This document shows positions 21,694 to 31,606 of a stretch of 64,000 nt of DNA, piece after piece. The stretch is from Gammaproteobacteria bacterium (lineage in GTDB: Bacteria; Pseudomonadota; Gammaproteobacteria; Competibacterales; Competibacteraceae). The position numbers and the translations under genes were made by a program. Location of the stretch: assembly GCA_046347515.1 (NCBI GenBank), contig JAXMFZ010000007.1, positions 49,859-113,858 on the forward strand, read 5' to 3'. Below the pieces are notes generated by a model that saw only the letters and a list, made by a program, of their open reading frames with translations, ran no database searches and was not told the DNA's origin. The number at the start of each line of letters is the position of its first letter. Positions within the stretch are counted from its first letter, which is position 1.

Positions 21694-22515
21694 ATGGCCG
21701 TATCCGACGCCGACCAGTACGCGGTGATGGGCAATCCCATCGGCCACAGCAAATCGCCGCGAATCCACGCTGTTCGCCGCGCAAACCGGCCAGCGCCTCG
21801 AATACCGCGCCATTCTCGTGGAACTGGGCGGGTTCGCGGTGGCGGCGGAGCGCTTCCGTGCTGCCGGCGGTAAAGGCTCAATGTGACGGTGCCGTTCAAG
21901 CAGGATGCCTGGCCTATGCCGATATCTAGCGCGCGCGCGGAGCGCGGAAGGACCGTCAACACGCTGGTCATGCGCACGGACGGTGTGCTGGGCGATAACA
22001 CCGACGGCGTGGGATTGGCGCGCGACCTCGAACACAATATCGGCGTCAAACTCCGCGCCCGGCGCATTTTGCTGCTAGGCGCGGGCGGCGCCACCCGCGG
22101 CGTGATCGAGCCGCTGATGGCGGCGCTGCCGGCAAGTCTGGTGATCGCTAACCGCACCCCGGAAAAAGCGGTGGAGTTGGCGGAATTGTTCGGTGATCTC
22201 GGGGGGGTGAGCGGTTGCGGTTTCGCTGATCTCGCCGGGCGGAGCTTCGATCTCATCATCAACGGCACTGCCGCGGGGCTCGATGATACCGTGCCGGTGT
22301 TGCCCGAGGGCGTGCTGGCCGAAGGCGGGGTATGTTACGACATGGTATACGCCGATCAGTCGACGGCGTTTGTACGCTGGGGCCGGATCCAAGGCGCAAC
22401 GCACGCGGTGGATGGGCTCGGTATGTTGGTCGAGCAAGCCGCCGAGTCGTTTTATGTGTGGCGCGGGGTCAGACCGGATACCGCTCCGGTGATCGCTGCG
22501 CTGCGGCCTGCCTAA
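21694..22515 (+). pseudogene. aroE: Shikimate dehydrogenase, interrupted by two frameshifts near the 5' end
   Basis: Frame 1 gives MAVSDADQYAVMGNPIGHSKSPRIHA and then runs into a stop. The AroE sequence continues in the other two frames (LFAAQTGQRLEYRAILVE...AGGKG / NVTVPFKQDA...; then from 21883, ...GDNTDGVGL...ILLLGAGGATRGV... through the C-terminus). Confidence 0.65.
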
Positions 22516-22527
22516 ACATTTTTACCC

Positions 22528-24978
22528 TCAACACTGGCTAAAGTTGTAGCTCATCTCCGCCAGCGGCTTTTGCAACACATAGCCTTGCACGAATTTGATC
22601 CCGCTCGACCAGAGCGTGGGTAAGGTATGCAAATCTTCGACACCTGAAGCGACCGGTGCTATACCCAACTTATCCAGGCTGCGTGCGAGTGCCGACAATT
22701 GTTTGGCGGCGACGCTCTTGGGGCTGTGTAGGTCCTGGAGGAGATGGGTGTCGAGCTTGACGTAGCTGATCATCAAGCCTTCGAGCATCGTCAGTGAATC
22801 CAGGCGCTGGCCGAAGCGCTCCAGTGAAAAGCCGCAACCCAAGGCTTTCAAATGGTTGACGAAGGCTCGAAATTTATCCGAGTGACACCGCGCGGTATCT
22901 TCGGAGACTTCGAAGATCAATGAGCACCCTGCTATGCCGGCTTTATCCATACTCTCCTTGAGCCAGGCCGGGAAATCACCGTCCTCGATGGTTGCCAGCG
23001 TGATGTTGACGAAGAGTGTCGTTTGCTGCTGTGCCTCCCTGCGTGCGCGTAGCTCCTGCAGGCATTGGATGATCACCCAGCGATCCAGATACGCACCCAG
23101 GCGGTGTTGCTGGATGGCTTTGAATACGGTTTCAGGAAACAAATCGTGGTTTTGTTCGTCCTTCAGCCGCAATAGCGCTTCGTAGCGCTGATTGGATTCG
23201 TCCAGGCCGACGATCGGCTGGAACGACAGCTCCATGCGCGCGTGCTTGATCGCATCGGCAATGCGACCGACCAGTGCTTGTTGGGAAGCGGCGGTGGCCT
23301 GCTGGTCGCGCTCGGCCAGGTACAAATGGATGCCACTGTCGCGGTTATTGCGCGCCAGCGCGCACGCTGATTCGGCTTGCTGGATGAGGTCGAAATGATC
23401 GCGCTCGCCGGGCGCGGCTGCGCTGATGCCGACGCAAGCCTGGAGTCGCACGCTTTGCGCGCCTTTGCTATACATATACACGACTTCGTGCAACTGCTTG
23501 CGGATGTTCTGTGCGACGGTCTGTAATTTGCCGACATCGGCGGTTTTCACGAATACCATGAAGCAAGCATCGCCAAAACGGGCGATGGGGGCTGCGGCGC
23601 CCAGCACTCTATGCAGGCAATTGCCGGCCTTGGCTACGCTGTCGTCGGCGGTGGCGAAGTCGGTGGCCTCACGCAGCGCCTGCAAATTGTCGATCGCGAT
23701 CATGAGCACGGCGACGCGCATACCGTCGTCGCTGGATGCCAGGACGCGCTCCAACTGATTCATGAAATAGCGGCGATTGAAAAATCCGCTCAGCGGGTCT
23801 TCATTGCGCAGGGCGCTGAGTTTGGTGCCCACTGCTCGGCTACGCCGCAGGCGCTGGAGTACGGTCCAGCCCAGGTGCTCGGCATTGACCGGCTTGGTAA
23901 GAACGTCATCGGCGATGCCAGCGAGAGCAGCGAGATTACGCTCGAAATGGTGCTCTTGACACAGCGCCAGCATCGGCAGTGCGTAGCAGCTCTGGTGCTG
24001 GCGCAACGCCTTGAAGAGTTCCAGGCTATTGACCGTTTTCAGATCGATATCGATGATCAGAATTTCGGGCTGGAAATCCTTGATGGTTTCCAGGACCCGC
24101 AGCGGGCGGCTTACCACCGTGGTGTTAATGCCGCTGTGTTCCAGGGCGTTGGACAAGCGCTGTGATTCGAATGGATCGTCATGCACGATGAGGGCGCGCT
24201 TGGCGCCTTCGTCCGCCGGATTGAACAGCAGCTTGTCGAGTTTCTCGACCAAGGCGCGGGTGTCGACCGGCCGGGTGAAATAGCCCTTGCCGCCCGCTTG
24301 GATGGCGGCGAGGCGGGTGGTGATGTCTTCTTGGTTGGCGATGAAAAACACAGGGATGATCAGTTCCAGCCGCTCACGCAACCGATTCACCATGTGGATG
24401 CCTGCTTGCGGGCCTTCGGGCTGATCCGCCTGGACGATGAGCGCGAGCGGATAGTGTTTCTGCAACTGCGCTTCGGCGGCCGCCAGGCTGTGCAGTGGCC
24501 GCACCCGAAAACCGGCGCGCTCGAGGTGGTTCGGCAGATCGGCAGGAAGCTCGGAGCCGACTACAAAAATTTCTTCGACTTGGAGCAGGTTTTTGGGTGC
24601 TAGCGGCACGGATTGCGCACTCGCGGCTGCGATCAGGTCGGCGTTGACGAAGCTGAAACGCACTTGCTCCAGCAACGCGCGTAGCCGTGCCCGTTGCGCG
24701 GGCTGCAGATCGCGTCCCGACGCCAAGCATACCTTGGCGTGATTGGCGAGTTGGAATGCAAGCTGAGCCTGTTCCGGGTAGTGGCCGAGTCGCTGCACGA
24801 GTTTGCCAAGTGATTCAGCCAAACCGACCAATTGCGTGACGGCGTCTGGCCGGGGGTCGGTATTGAGGTTGGCGATGTATTGCCAAAGTTTTTCGAGGAT
24901 TTCCAGTTTTTCGGCAAGTTGCTCGCGGTAGTCATCTTGCGCGGGTGGTTCCATTATGGCGACGACTTTATTCATCAT
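22528..24978 (-). CDS. Signalling protein with tandem receiver-like domains plus GGDEF and EAL domains (c-di-GMP turnover)
   Basis: The 817-aa ORF has REC-like regions (ALIVHDDPFESQRL..., EILIIDIDL...), a GGDEF region (RRYFMNQLERV...GDACFMVF...) and an EAL region (ELSFQPIV...YEALLRL..., ...FEVSE..., ...IKFVQGYV...). Confidence 0.8.
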   Translation of the reverse strand: MMNKVVAIMEPPAQDDYREQLAEKLEILEKLWQYIANLNTDPRPDAVTQLVGLAESLGKLVQRLGHYPEQAQLAFQLANHAKVCLASGRDLQPAQRARLRALLEQVRFSFVNADLIAAASAQSVPLAPKNLLQVEEIFVVGSELPADLPNHLERAGFRVRPLHSLAAAEAQLQKHYPLALIVQADQPEGPQAGIHMVNRLRERLELIIPVFFIANQEDITTRLAAIQAGGKGYFTRPVDTRALVEKLDKLLFNPADEGAKRALIVHDDPFESQRLSNALEHSGINTTVVSRPLRVLETIKDFQPEILIIDIDLKTVNSLELFKALRQHQSCYALPMLALCQEHHFERNLAALAGIADDVLTKPVNAEHLGWTVLQRLRRSRAVGTKLSALRNEDPLSGFFNRRYFMNQLERVLASSDDGMRVAVLMIAIDNLQALREATDFATADDSVAKAGNCLHRVLGAAAPIARFGDACFMVFVKTADVGKLQTVAQNIRKQLHEVVYMYSKGAQSVRLQACVGISAAAPGERDHFDLIQQAESACALARNNRDSGIHLYLAERDQQATAASQQALVGRIADAIKHARMELSFQPIVGLDESNQRYEALLRLKDEQNHDLFPETVFKAIQQHRLGAYLDRWVIIQCLQELRARREAQQQTTLFVNITLATIEDGDFPAWLKESMDKAGIAGCSLIFEVSEDTARCHSDKFRAFVNHLKALGCGFSLERFGQRLDSLTMLEGLMISYVKLDTHLLQDLHSPKSVAAKQLSALARSLDKLGIAPVASGVEDLHTLPTLWSSGIKFVQGYVLQKPLAEMSYNFSQC

Positions 24979-25045
24979 AGTCCTTCTCGCGTGGTGTCTT
25001 CCATACGAAATTCGGTGGTAGTGCAAAAAAAATGTACAGCGCTGC

Positions 25046-25933
25046 TCACTCCAAACCCGGCCGCGCGCGTTCCAGCAACAAGCCATCCGCTGTTTGCCGG
25101 AACCGGGTCTGGAGTAAAAAACTCATGCCAAGCAGAACCGTATCCTTAGGCGCGGGCACCAAGGCTGCTTCGACGTCATAGAGCACGATGGGGCCGAGTT
25201 TGATGGCATCAACAATCGTTTGGCGGGCGACCGCTTCGCCAGTGGCGGTGTTGACCGGGAAAGAACGGCCCGCTTGCAGACCCAGATCCTTGCGCAGATG
25301 CGAGGGAATCATGACCATGGTGGCGCCGGTGTCGATCAAGGCTTCTACCGGCAGACCATTGAGCCAGATCTGCGTTACGTAATGGCCGCGGCTGTCGCGT
25401 GGGATGACGATGTTATGCTCGGGTTCGCCCTCGCCGCGCAACACGATGCGCTCGGCGACGGTGGAAGGAAGATGGGTGCGCAGGCTGAGCGCCAACGCTT
25501 CGGCGTAGCCCACGAATTGCGATTGGCGCCACGCCAGTCGGTCGGGTAGCACGGTATGGTGGGCGAGCACGACGATGAGGGTAATGACCAGCATCCCGCG
25601 CAACGCGCCGAACAACAGGCCGAGCAATGGGTCGTGGCCACCCCAGCGCGTGTGTTCATGCACGCGTCGCAACTTGCGATCCGCGGCGGCAAGCAGAGTT
25701 GCGGTTACCAGCACGACCAGAAAAGCGACTACCCAGGCTCGTAGCACTTCGTCGGGCACCAGGTTGCGCAACCAGGTGCTGAAGTATTCGTAATTGACCA
25801 GTGCGAGTCCGCCCGCCAGCACCCATACGACTAACGACATCATTTCACGCAATATGCCGCGGCTAAGCCCGGTCGCCGTCGCCACCGCCAGCAACACTGC
25901 AATCATGAGGTCGATCAGCAAGCCATCGTACAT
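25046..25933 (-). CDS. Fusion of a CvpA-family membrane domain and a retropepsin-like (clan AA, TIGR02281-type) aspartic protease domain
   Basis: The N-terminal 160 aa has four predicted helices typical of CvpA. The C-terminal domain carries the DTGAT catalytic motif (ALIDTGATMVMIP) and a retropepsin fold signature. Confidence 0.65.
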   Translation of the reverse strand: MYDGLLIDLMIAVLLAVATATGLSRGILREMMSLVVWVLAGGLALVNYEYFSTWLRNLVPDEVLRAWVVAFLVVLVTATLLAAADRKLRRVHEHTRWGGHDPLLGLLFGALRGMLVITLIVVLAHHTVLPDRLAWRQSQFVGYAEALALSLRTHLPSTVAERIVLRGEGEPEHNIVIPRDSRGHYVTQIWLNGLPVEALIDTGATMVMIPSHLRKDLGLQAGRSFPVNTATGEAVARQTIVDAIKLGPIVLYDVEAALVPAPKDTVLLGMSFLLQTRFRQTADGLLLERARPGLE

Positions 25934-26001
25934 CGCGTGGTGTTAGTATCCTGGTTCAGGCTAGTTTACGCAGCGCGCCCAAATCTGACGCTTAGTGTCA
26001 G

Positions 26002-27402
26002 TCAATAATCCGCATTCTTGGGCGTTCTCGGAAACGGAATGACATCGCGCACATTGCTCATGCCGGTAACGTAACTCACCGTGCGCTCGAACCCCAAGCC
26101 GAAGCCCGCGTGCGGAACCGTGCCGTAGCGACGCAGGTCGCGATACCAGCCATAAGCCGCTGGGTTGAGCCCAAGTTCGGCCATGCGTTGGTCGAGTACG
26201 TCTAAGCGCTCCTCGCGTTGGCTGCCGCCGATGATTTCCCCTATCCCCGGCGCCAGCACATCCATAGCCGCCACGGTTTTGCCGTCGTCGTTCAAGCGCA
26301 TATAAAAGCTCTTGATTTCCTTTGGATAATTGATCACCACCAAGGGCCGGCCAAGATGATCTTCGGTCAAATACCGTTCGTGTTCGGATTGCAAATCCAA
26401 GCCCCAGCGCACGGGGAATTCAAAGGTTTTACCGGACTTTTCGAGGATCGTGATCGCTTCGCCATAGTCGATGCGCTCGAATGGCGAATGGATGACTTTC
26501 TCCAGGCGTTCGATGCAAGTCTTGTCGATCCGCTCGGCGAAAAACGCCATATCATCGGCGCGTTCCTCCAGAACCGCTTTGAATATGAATTTAAGCAAAT
26601 CTTCGGCCAGATCGGCGTTGCTATTGATGTCCGCGAACGCAAGCTCGGGTTCGATCATCCAGAATTCGGCTAAGTGCCTGCTAGTATTCGAATTCTCAGC
26701 GCGAAACGTAGGGCCGAAAGTATACACTTTGGAGAGCGCTAGGCAATAGGCTTCGACATTGAGCTGGCCAGAGACCGTGAGGAAGGTCTCGCGACCAAAA
26801 AAGTCCGCGTTGAAATCGACGGCCCCGGTTGTGGTGCGCGGCAGATTGGCGAGATCCAGCGTACTCACCCGGAACAAGGCGCCGGCGCCCTCGGCGTCGC
26901 TGGCCGTGATGATCGGGGTATGGATCCAGAAGTAGCCGTGCTGGTGAAAAAACCGATGGATCGCCTGCGCCAAACAATGGCGCACGCGGGTGACAGCGCC
27001 GATGGTGTTGGTGCGTGGCCGCAGATGCGCCACCGAGCGCAAATACTCGAAGGTGTGGTGCTTGGGGGGCACGGGATAGGTATCGGGATCATCGACCCAG
27101 CCAACCACTTCGATGCGCTCGGCTTGCAGTTCCAGGCTCTGGCCCTTGCCCTGTGACGCGACCAGTGTGCCGCTCGCAATCACCGAGCAGCCAGCGTGCA
27201 AGTGCAGTACTTCACTCTGATAATTCGCCAGGGTGCTGGGGGCGACGACTTGCAGAGGCGCGAAGCAGGAGCCGTCATGGACGGCGATGAACGAGACACC
27301 GGCCTTGGAATCGCGGCGGGTGCGCACCCAGCCCTGAACGGTGGTGGTCGCGCCGACGGCCAAACGGCCATTGAGAATATCGGTGATGGCGATGCTAGGC
27401 AT
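26002..27402 (-). CDS. asnS: Asparagine--tRNA ligase
   Basis: The 466-aa class II aaRS has an N-terminal anticodon-binding OB fold and motifs 2/3 ([31 protein letters not shown]). Confidence 0.9.
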   Translation of the reverse strand: MPSIAITDILNGRLAVGATTTVQGWVRTRRDSKAGVSFIAVHDGSCFAPLQVVAPSTLANYQSEVLHLHAGCSVIASGTLVASQGKGQSLELQAERIEVVGWVDDPDTYPVPPKHHTFEYLRSVAHLRPRTNTIGAVTRVRHCLAQAIHRFFHQHGYFWIHTPIITASDAEGAGALFRVSTLDLANLPRTTTGAVDFNADFFGRETFLTVSGQLNVEAYCLALSKVYTFGPTFRAENSNTSRHLAEFWMIEPELAFADINSNADLAEDLLKFIFKAVLEERADDMAFFAERIDKTCIERLEKVIHSPFERIDYGEAITILEKSGKTFEFPVRWGLDLQSEHERYLTEDHLGRPLVVINYPKEIKSFYMRLNDDGKTVAAMDVLAPGIGEIIGGSQREERLDVLDQRMAELGLNPAAYGWYRDLRRYGTVPHAGFGLGFERTVSYVTGMSNVRDVIPFPRTPKNADY

Positions 27403-27470
27403 GGCGGAGTTCCTTATGTTGAATAGCGCGAAGTCGATGGTGGCACAAACGCTGACCGGAGCAAGAGCGA

Positions 27471-27899
27471 TCAGGGTCCGGGCGCGATACCCTCGAATAC
27501 GGCAAGCGCCTGGCGCAGGGATGAGGGCAAGGGTGCCGAGCGCCCGCTGGCAAAATCGAACCAGACCAGGATTGCATGAGCGGTTGCCGCGGGTGCCGGT
27601 TCGCCTTTCATGAAAATGGCAGCCTCTACTTGCAGGCTGCTGTTGCCAAGGCGCGCCACGCGGGTGGCGATTTCAAGTACCCCTGGATAGTGCAATTGGC
27701 GCAGGAAGCGGCACTGCATATCGGCCAACACCAACTGGGCGACGGCCTTGTATTCCAAGGGTGCGCGATCGCTGAAGTAGGCGATGCGCCCGGATTCCAG
27801 ATAGCGGAAGTATTGGACATTGTTGACATGGCCCAGGGCATCCATGTCGCCCCAGCGGATCGCGAGTTCAATAACGTGTTTAAAGTCGGTGCGTTGCAT
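27471..27899 (-). CDS. Acyl-CoA thioesterase, YbgC/4HBT hotdog family
   Basis: The 142-aa hotdog fold has the catalytic region ([21 protein letters not shown]). Confidence 0.7.
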   Translation of the reverse strand: MQRTDFKHVIELAIRWGDMDALGHVNNVQYFRYLESGRIAYFSDRAPLEYKAVAQLVLADMQCRFLRQLHYPGVLEIATRVARLGNSSLQVEAAIFMKGEPAPAATAHAILVWFDFASGRSAPLPSSLRQALAVFEGIAPGP

Positions 27900-27960
27900 T
27901 GCCTTATCTGTTTATACTGGCGAAAGCCATCACGATACCAGCACCCCACCAAGAGGCGTT

Positions 27961-28386
27961 ATGAAATTGTCGATGATTTTTTGCGCGATTACATTATCGG
28001 GATGCGCGGCGCTGCCCGTGCCTTCTTCCAATCTTCCGTCCACGGGCGCCGCTCCGGGCGCGGACGCTTTGCCCAGCTTCCAGGCGCGCGATGGCGACGA
28101 CCGGCGGTTATTGGATCAGATTCGCGCCAAACCCGATGATTCCGATCTCTGGTATCAGCTTGGCAATCACTTCGCCAAAAGCGATCGGCTGGATGATGCC
28201 GAGCAGGCTTATCGCGAAGCGCTGAAACGAGGCCCCAATCCGCACGCGCTGAACAATCTGGGTTTGGTGCAGATCAGACTGGGCGTGCAGGCGCTCAAAG
28301 AGGCGCGCCAACAGATGCCGCAAAACCCCGCGGTACGCGCCGAGACCCAGCGCTTTGTTCAATTATTGTTGAAATCCGCGCTGTAG
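27961..28386 (+). CDS. TPR-repeat lipoprotein, hypothetical
   Basis: Lipobox (ITLSGC) followed by TPR-like repeats (WYQLGNHFAKSDRLDDAEQAYREALKRGPN). Confidence 0.5.
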   Translation: MKLSMIFCAITLSGCAALPVPSSNLPSTGAAPGADALPSFQARDGDDRRLLDQIRAKPDDSDLWYQLGNHFAKSDRLDDAEQAYREALKRGPNPHALNNLGLVQIRLGVQALKEARQQMPQNPAVRAETQRFVQLLLKSAL

Positions 28387-28901
28387 GGAGGGTACGCCAG
28401 TCCCTCGACCACGGTCGTGTTCGGCGTACTGAGGAACAAAGAGGGCGCGGCTTTGATTTTGCAATCGCGGCTGCCGCCGCCGAGGATCACATAAGGCCGC
28501 TGCATCACTTGGCTGTCGACCCATAGTGGTACGTCGTCCGGAAGCGCGAGCGGCGTTACGCCGCCGAGTTCCATCCCTGTCAGTTCGCGCGTTTCCTCGG
28601 GCGCTGCGAATGACAGCCGCCGTGCGCCCATGCGTTTGCGCACGATACGGTTGACGTCGAGCCGGGTCGAACCCAGCAACACACAAGCAACATATTGCTT
28701 GACGCCGGTCTTGGAGGTGACGATCAGCGTATTGGCGGAGTTGTCCAGGTCATAGCCATAATGGTCGCAGAACACCGCTGTATCGGAAAGCTCGGGCGTA
28801 CAGTGCAAGACTTCATAGGCGACGCCTAGGCTATCGAGAAACCGGCGCACGCGTAGCGCCGGTGCGATATCGAAAGCGTCGCCGGCGGCGGTATCCCTCA
28901 T
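28359..28901 (-). CDS. YbaK/prolyl-tRNA editing (aminoacyl-tRNA deacylase) domain protein
   Basis: The 180-aa ORF has the YbaK-family pattern (...KTGVKQYVACVLLGSTRLDVNRI...). Confidence 0.7.
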   Translation of the reverse strand: MRDTAAGDAFDIAPALRVRRFLDSLGVAYEVLHCTPELSDTAVFCDHYGYDLDNSANTLIVTSKTGVKQYVACVLLGSTRLDVNRIVRKRMGARRLSFAAPEETRELTGMELGGVTPLALPDDVPLWVDSQVMQRPYVILGGGSRDCKIKAAPSLFLSTPNTTVVEGLAYPPYSADFNNN

Positions 28902-29716
28902 AGCGGGTCCGCTGCCTCGACGATACGGTGGTCCATTTGCCGCGCGGGGTTGTCGCAGCCGACGCAGCCGACCACTTTGGCAGGCACGCCGACGACCGTG
29001 CAGTGCGGCGGCACATCCGCGAGCACCACGCTGCCGGCACCGACGCGGCTGCCCTCACCGATCACGATATTACCGAGGATTTTCGCGCCTGCGCCGATCA
29101 GCACGCCACGCCGCACTTTGGGGTGGCGGTCGCCGCTTTCTTTGCCGGTGCCGCCCAGAGTGATTTCTTGCAGCAGCGAGACATCATCATCAATGACGAC
29201 GGTTTCGCCAATCACCAGGCCAGTGGCGTGATCGATCATGATGCCGCGGCCAATGCGCGCCGCTGGATGGATATCGACGGCGTAGATTTCCGAGATGCGA
29301 TTTTGCAGATACAAGGCCATGTGATTGCGCCCCTGTTTCCATAGCCAATGCGCGACCCGATACGATTGCAGCGCCTGAAAACCCTTGAAATACAGAAGCG
29401 GCACCAGATACCCCTTACAAGCCGGGTCGCGGTCGTTCACGGCGACGATGTCGGCGCGTGCAGCGGCACCGATGTCGGGATCATCGCGCAGGGCCTCGTC
29501 GAACACCTCGCGTAGCAACATGGCGCGCAACTCCATGCTGCCGAGCTTCTGCGCCAAGTGATAGCTTAGCGCGGCTTCCAGCCGTTCGTGCTTGAGTACC
29601 GTGGTGTGAACGTAACTCGCGAGAATCGGCTCATCGGCCACCAGGGTCGCGGCCTCTTTTTGTATCCTAGACCAGACAGGATCATGCGGCGATAATTTGG
29701 GCGCGGTTTTCAACAT
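28898..29716 (-). CDS. cysE: Serine O-acetyltransferase
   Basis: N-terminal SATase helical domain plus left-handed beta-helix hexapeptide repeats (IDHATGLVIGETVVIDDDVSLLQEITLGG...). Start at MLKTAPKL. Confidence 0.85.
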   Translation of the reverse strand: MLKTAPKLSPHDPVWSRIQKEAATLVADEPILASYVHTTVLKHERLEAALSYHLAQKLGSMELRAMLLREVFDEALRDDPDIGAAARADIVAVNDRDPACKGYLVPLLYFKGFQALQSYRVAHWLWKQGRNHMALYLQNRISEIYAVDIHPAARIGRGIMIDHATGLVIGETVVIDDDVSLLQEITLGGTGKESGDRHPKVRRGVLIGAGAKILGNIVIGEGSRVGAGSVVLADVPPHCTVVGVPAKVVGCVGCDNPARQMDHRIVEAADPL

Positions 29717-29779
29717 GGGTTCTGCTCCGGAGCTTACGGGATGTCCGCGTTGTCCAATGGACACAATACGGTTATATAA

Positions 29780-30649
29780 ATGATAGCACTGAACATGGGT
29801 ATGTTAGGTACGGCTGTGCTGAGCCTGGCGGCGGTGCTTGGCAGCATCGGAATTTACGCGATTTTCTGGCCGCGCAGCCAGCTTTTCGGCAGAGTGCTGT
29901 ATGGCGACCCGAGTAAACCGCCGCGCGTGGCGCTGACGTTCGATGATGGTCCATCGTTGGACGTCACCCCGCGCATCCTCGACATTCTCGCGGAACAGCG
30001 TGTGAGGGCCGCGTTTTTTGTCATTGGCCGGAACGTCGAACGCCATCCCGCGCTGGTCCGGCGCATGGACGCCGAAGGCCATCTCGTCGCTAGCCACGGT
30101 TATGACCATTCTCCGCTCGGACTGTTTCGCCGCCGCGCTTATTGGGAGCGCCAAGTCGCGAGCACCGACGCCGCGGTCATCGCGGCCATCGGCAAGCGGC
30201 CATGGTTGTTTCGTCCTCCCTGGGGTTGCAAGCAGTATTTCATGACGGCGGCGCTGGCGGCGCAGGGGAAAACCATCGTGACCTGGCGGGTGCGGGGGCT
30301 GGATGGCGCGCCCACCACCGCCGCGCGCATCCTACGGCGCATATTATCCCGTGTGCGAGGGGGAGATGTGCTGACCCTGCACGATGGTCATCAGCTCAAT
30401 GAGCAGGTGGGCAGAGATGCCACAGTCGAGGCTTTACGCCCGTTGATCTTGGCGCTGCGCGCGCGCGGCATCGAGCCGGCGCGGCTGGATGAGTTGTTGC
30501 ATATCGAGCCGTATTGCGCAAGCGCGGCGTCCGCCGCATCATCCTCTTTGACTCGCATTCAACCGCTAGGGAGTAAGAATAACGATGGCAACCGTGAAAA
30601 TGGTCGAGTACGACGACGCCAGCCCCGAAGTGCGGGCAATCTACGATGA
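29780..30649 (+). CDS. Polysaccharide deacetylase family protein
   Basis: N-terminal TM segment followed by the NodB-type motif TFDDGP and the His-containing motifs (ASHGYDHS, LTLHDGH). The 3' end overlaps the next gene by 65 nt. Confidence 0.7.
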   Translation: MIALNMGMLGTAVLSLAAVLGSIGIYAIFWPRSQLFGRVLYGDPSKPPRVALTFDDGPSLDVTPRILDILAEQRVRAAFFVIGRNVERHPALVRRMDAEGHLVASHGYDHSPLGLFRRRAYWERQVASTDAAVIAAIGKRPWLFRPPWGCKQYFMTAALAAQGKTIVTWRVRGLDGAPTTAARILRRILSRVRGGDVLTLHDGHQLNEQVGRDATVEALRPLILALRARGIEPARLDELLHIEPYCASAASAASSSLTRIQPLGSKNNDGNRENGRVRRRQPRSAGNLR

Positions 30650-30983
30650 CATCATGAGAACCAAGAACAGCAGCCGGGTGCCGGATTTCTGGCGCACGAT
30701 CGCGAGCCACCCGCCGACCCTGGCGCGGGTATGGAACGACTTGAAGCAGATTATGGCGCCAGGCCGCCTGGATACGCTCACCAAGGAAATGATCGCAATC
30801 GCGGTGAGCGCCACCAATGGTTGCGCGTACTGTGTGAACTCGCATACGGCAGCGGCGAAGAAGCTCGGCATGGACAACGAAATGCTGGGCGAATTGATGG
30901 CGGTGATCGGTATGTTCAACACCACCAATAAACTGGTCGAGGGCTACCAAGTCCAACCCGATGTATTTCCGCCGTTGGAGTAA
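30585..30983 (+). CDS. Carboxymuconolactone decarboxylase (AhpD-like) family protein
   Basis: The 132-aa ORF has the CxxC-containing motif (SATNGCAYCVNSH) of the CMD/AhpD family. Confidence 0.7.
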   Translation: MATVKMVEYDDASPEVRAIYDDIMRTKNSSRVPDFWRTIASHPPTLARVWNDLKQIMAPGRLDTLTKEMIAIAVSATNGCAYCVNSHTAAAKKLGMDNEMLGELMAVIGMFNTTNKLVEGYQVQPDVFPPLE

Positions 30984-31032
30984 GGATAAGCCTTGTGCCT
31001 GCCGTGCCTATCGTGCAGCACAAGGATTGGTC

Positions 31033-31527
31033 TTATTGCGATTGAGGACTGCTGGCTATGGCTTCCTTGAGTTCGCGGTATTCCTCGCAATCGGCGCAAA
31101 TAGATGCCAGGATTTTCAAGCGTTCCTCGGCTTTGGCGAGTTGCTTGGTTTCGACGTACAGTTCACCCAGGTATTCATTGGCGCCCTTGTGCTTTGGGTC
31201 GAGCGCGAGGGCACGTTGATAGTAATCGAGGGCGATGTCGTATTGGCCGAGCTTACGGTGGCTGAATCCAAGCAAATTGAAGACATCGGCGTCGGCCTTA
31301 CCGGCATCCGCCAGTGGTTTCAATACGGCGATGGCCTTGGCGAAATCCTTGGCTTCGATGGCTTGTTCGGCCATCTGCAAATCCACTTTATTGGCGACGG
31401 CTTCGTCGGTGGCTTTGTCATCGGTTTCGCTCACGCTGTCATGGTTGGCGAACAGAGGCGAGGCGCTGATCAGGCTGGCGCTCAAGCCTATGGCAGCCCA
31501 CAGCCGGTTAGGGTTCGATGATTTCAT
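31033..31527 (-). CDS. Secreted TPR-repeat protein, hypothetical
   Basis: Signal peptide ([27 protein letters not shown]) then TPR repeats ([31 protein letters not shown]...). Confidence 0.55.
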   Translation of the reverse strand: MKSSNPNRLWAAIGLSASLISASPLFANHDSVSETDDKATDEAVANKVDLQMAEQAIEAKDFAKAIAVLKPLADAGKADADVFNLLGFSHRKLGQYDIALDYYQRALALDPKHKGANEYLGELYVETKQLAKAEERLKILASICADCEEYRELKEAIASSPQSQ

Positions 31528-31606
31528 CCGGGTTTGTCTCCTGAAGTGCGCGAGGCTAGCTTACAATAGTTTATATCGACCTTTAACGACTGCACGGCGA
31601 ATACCA

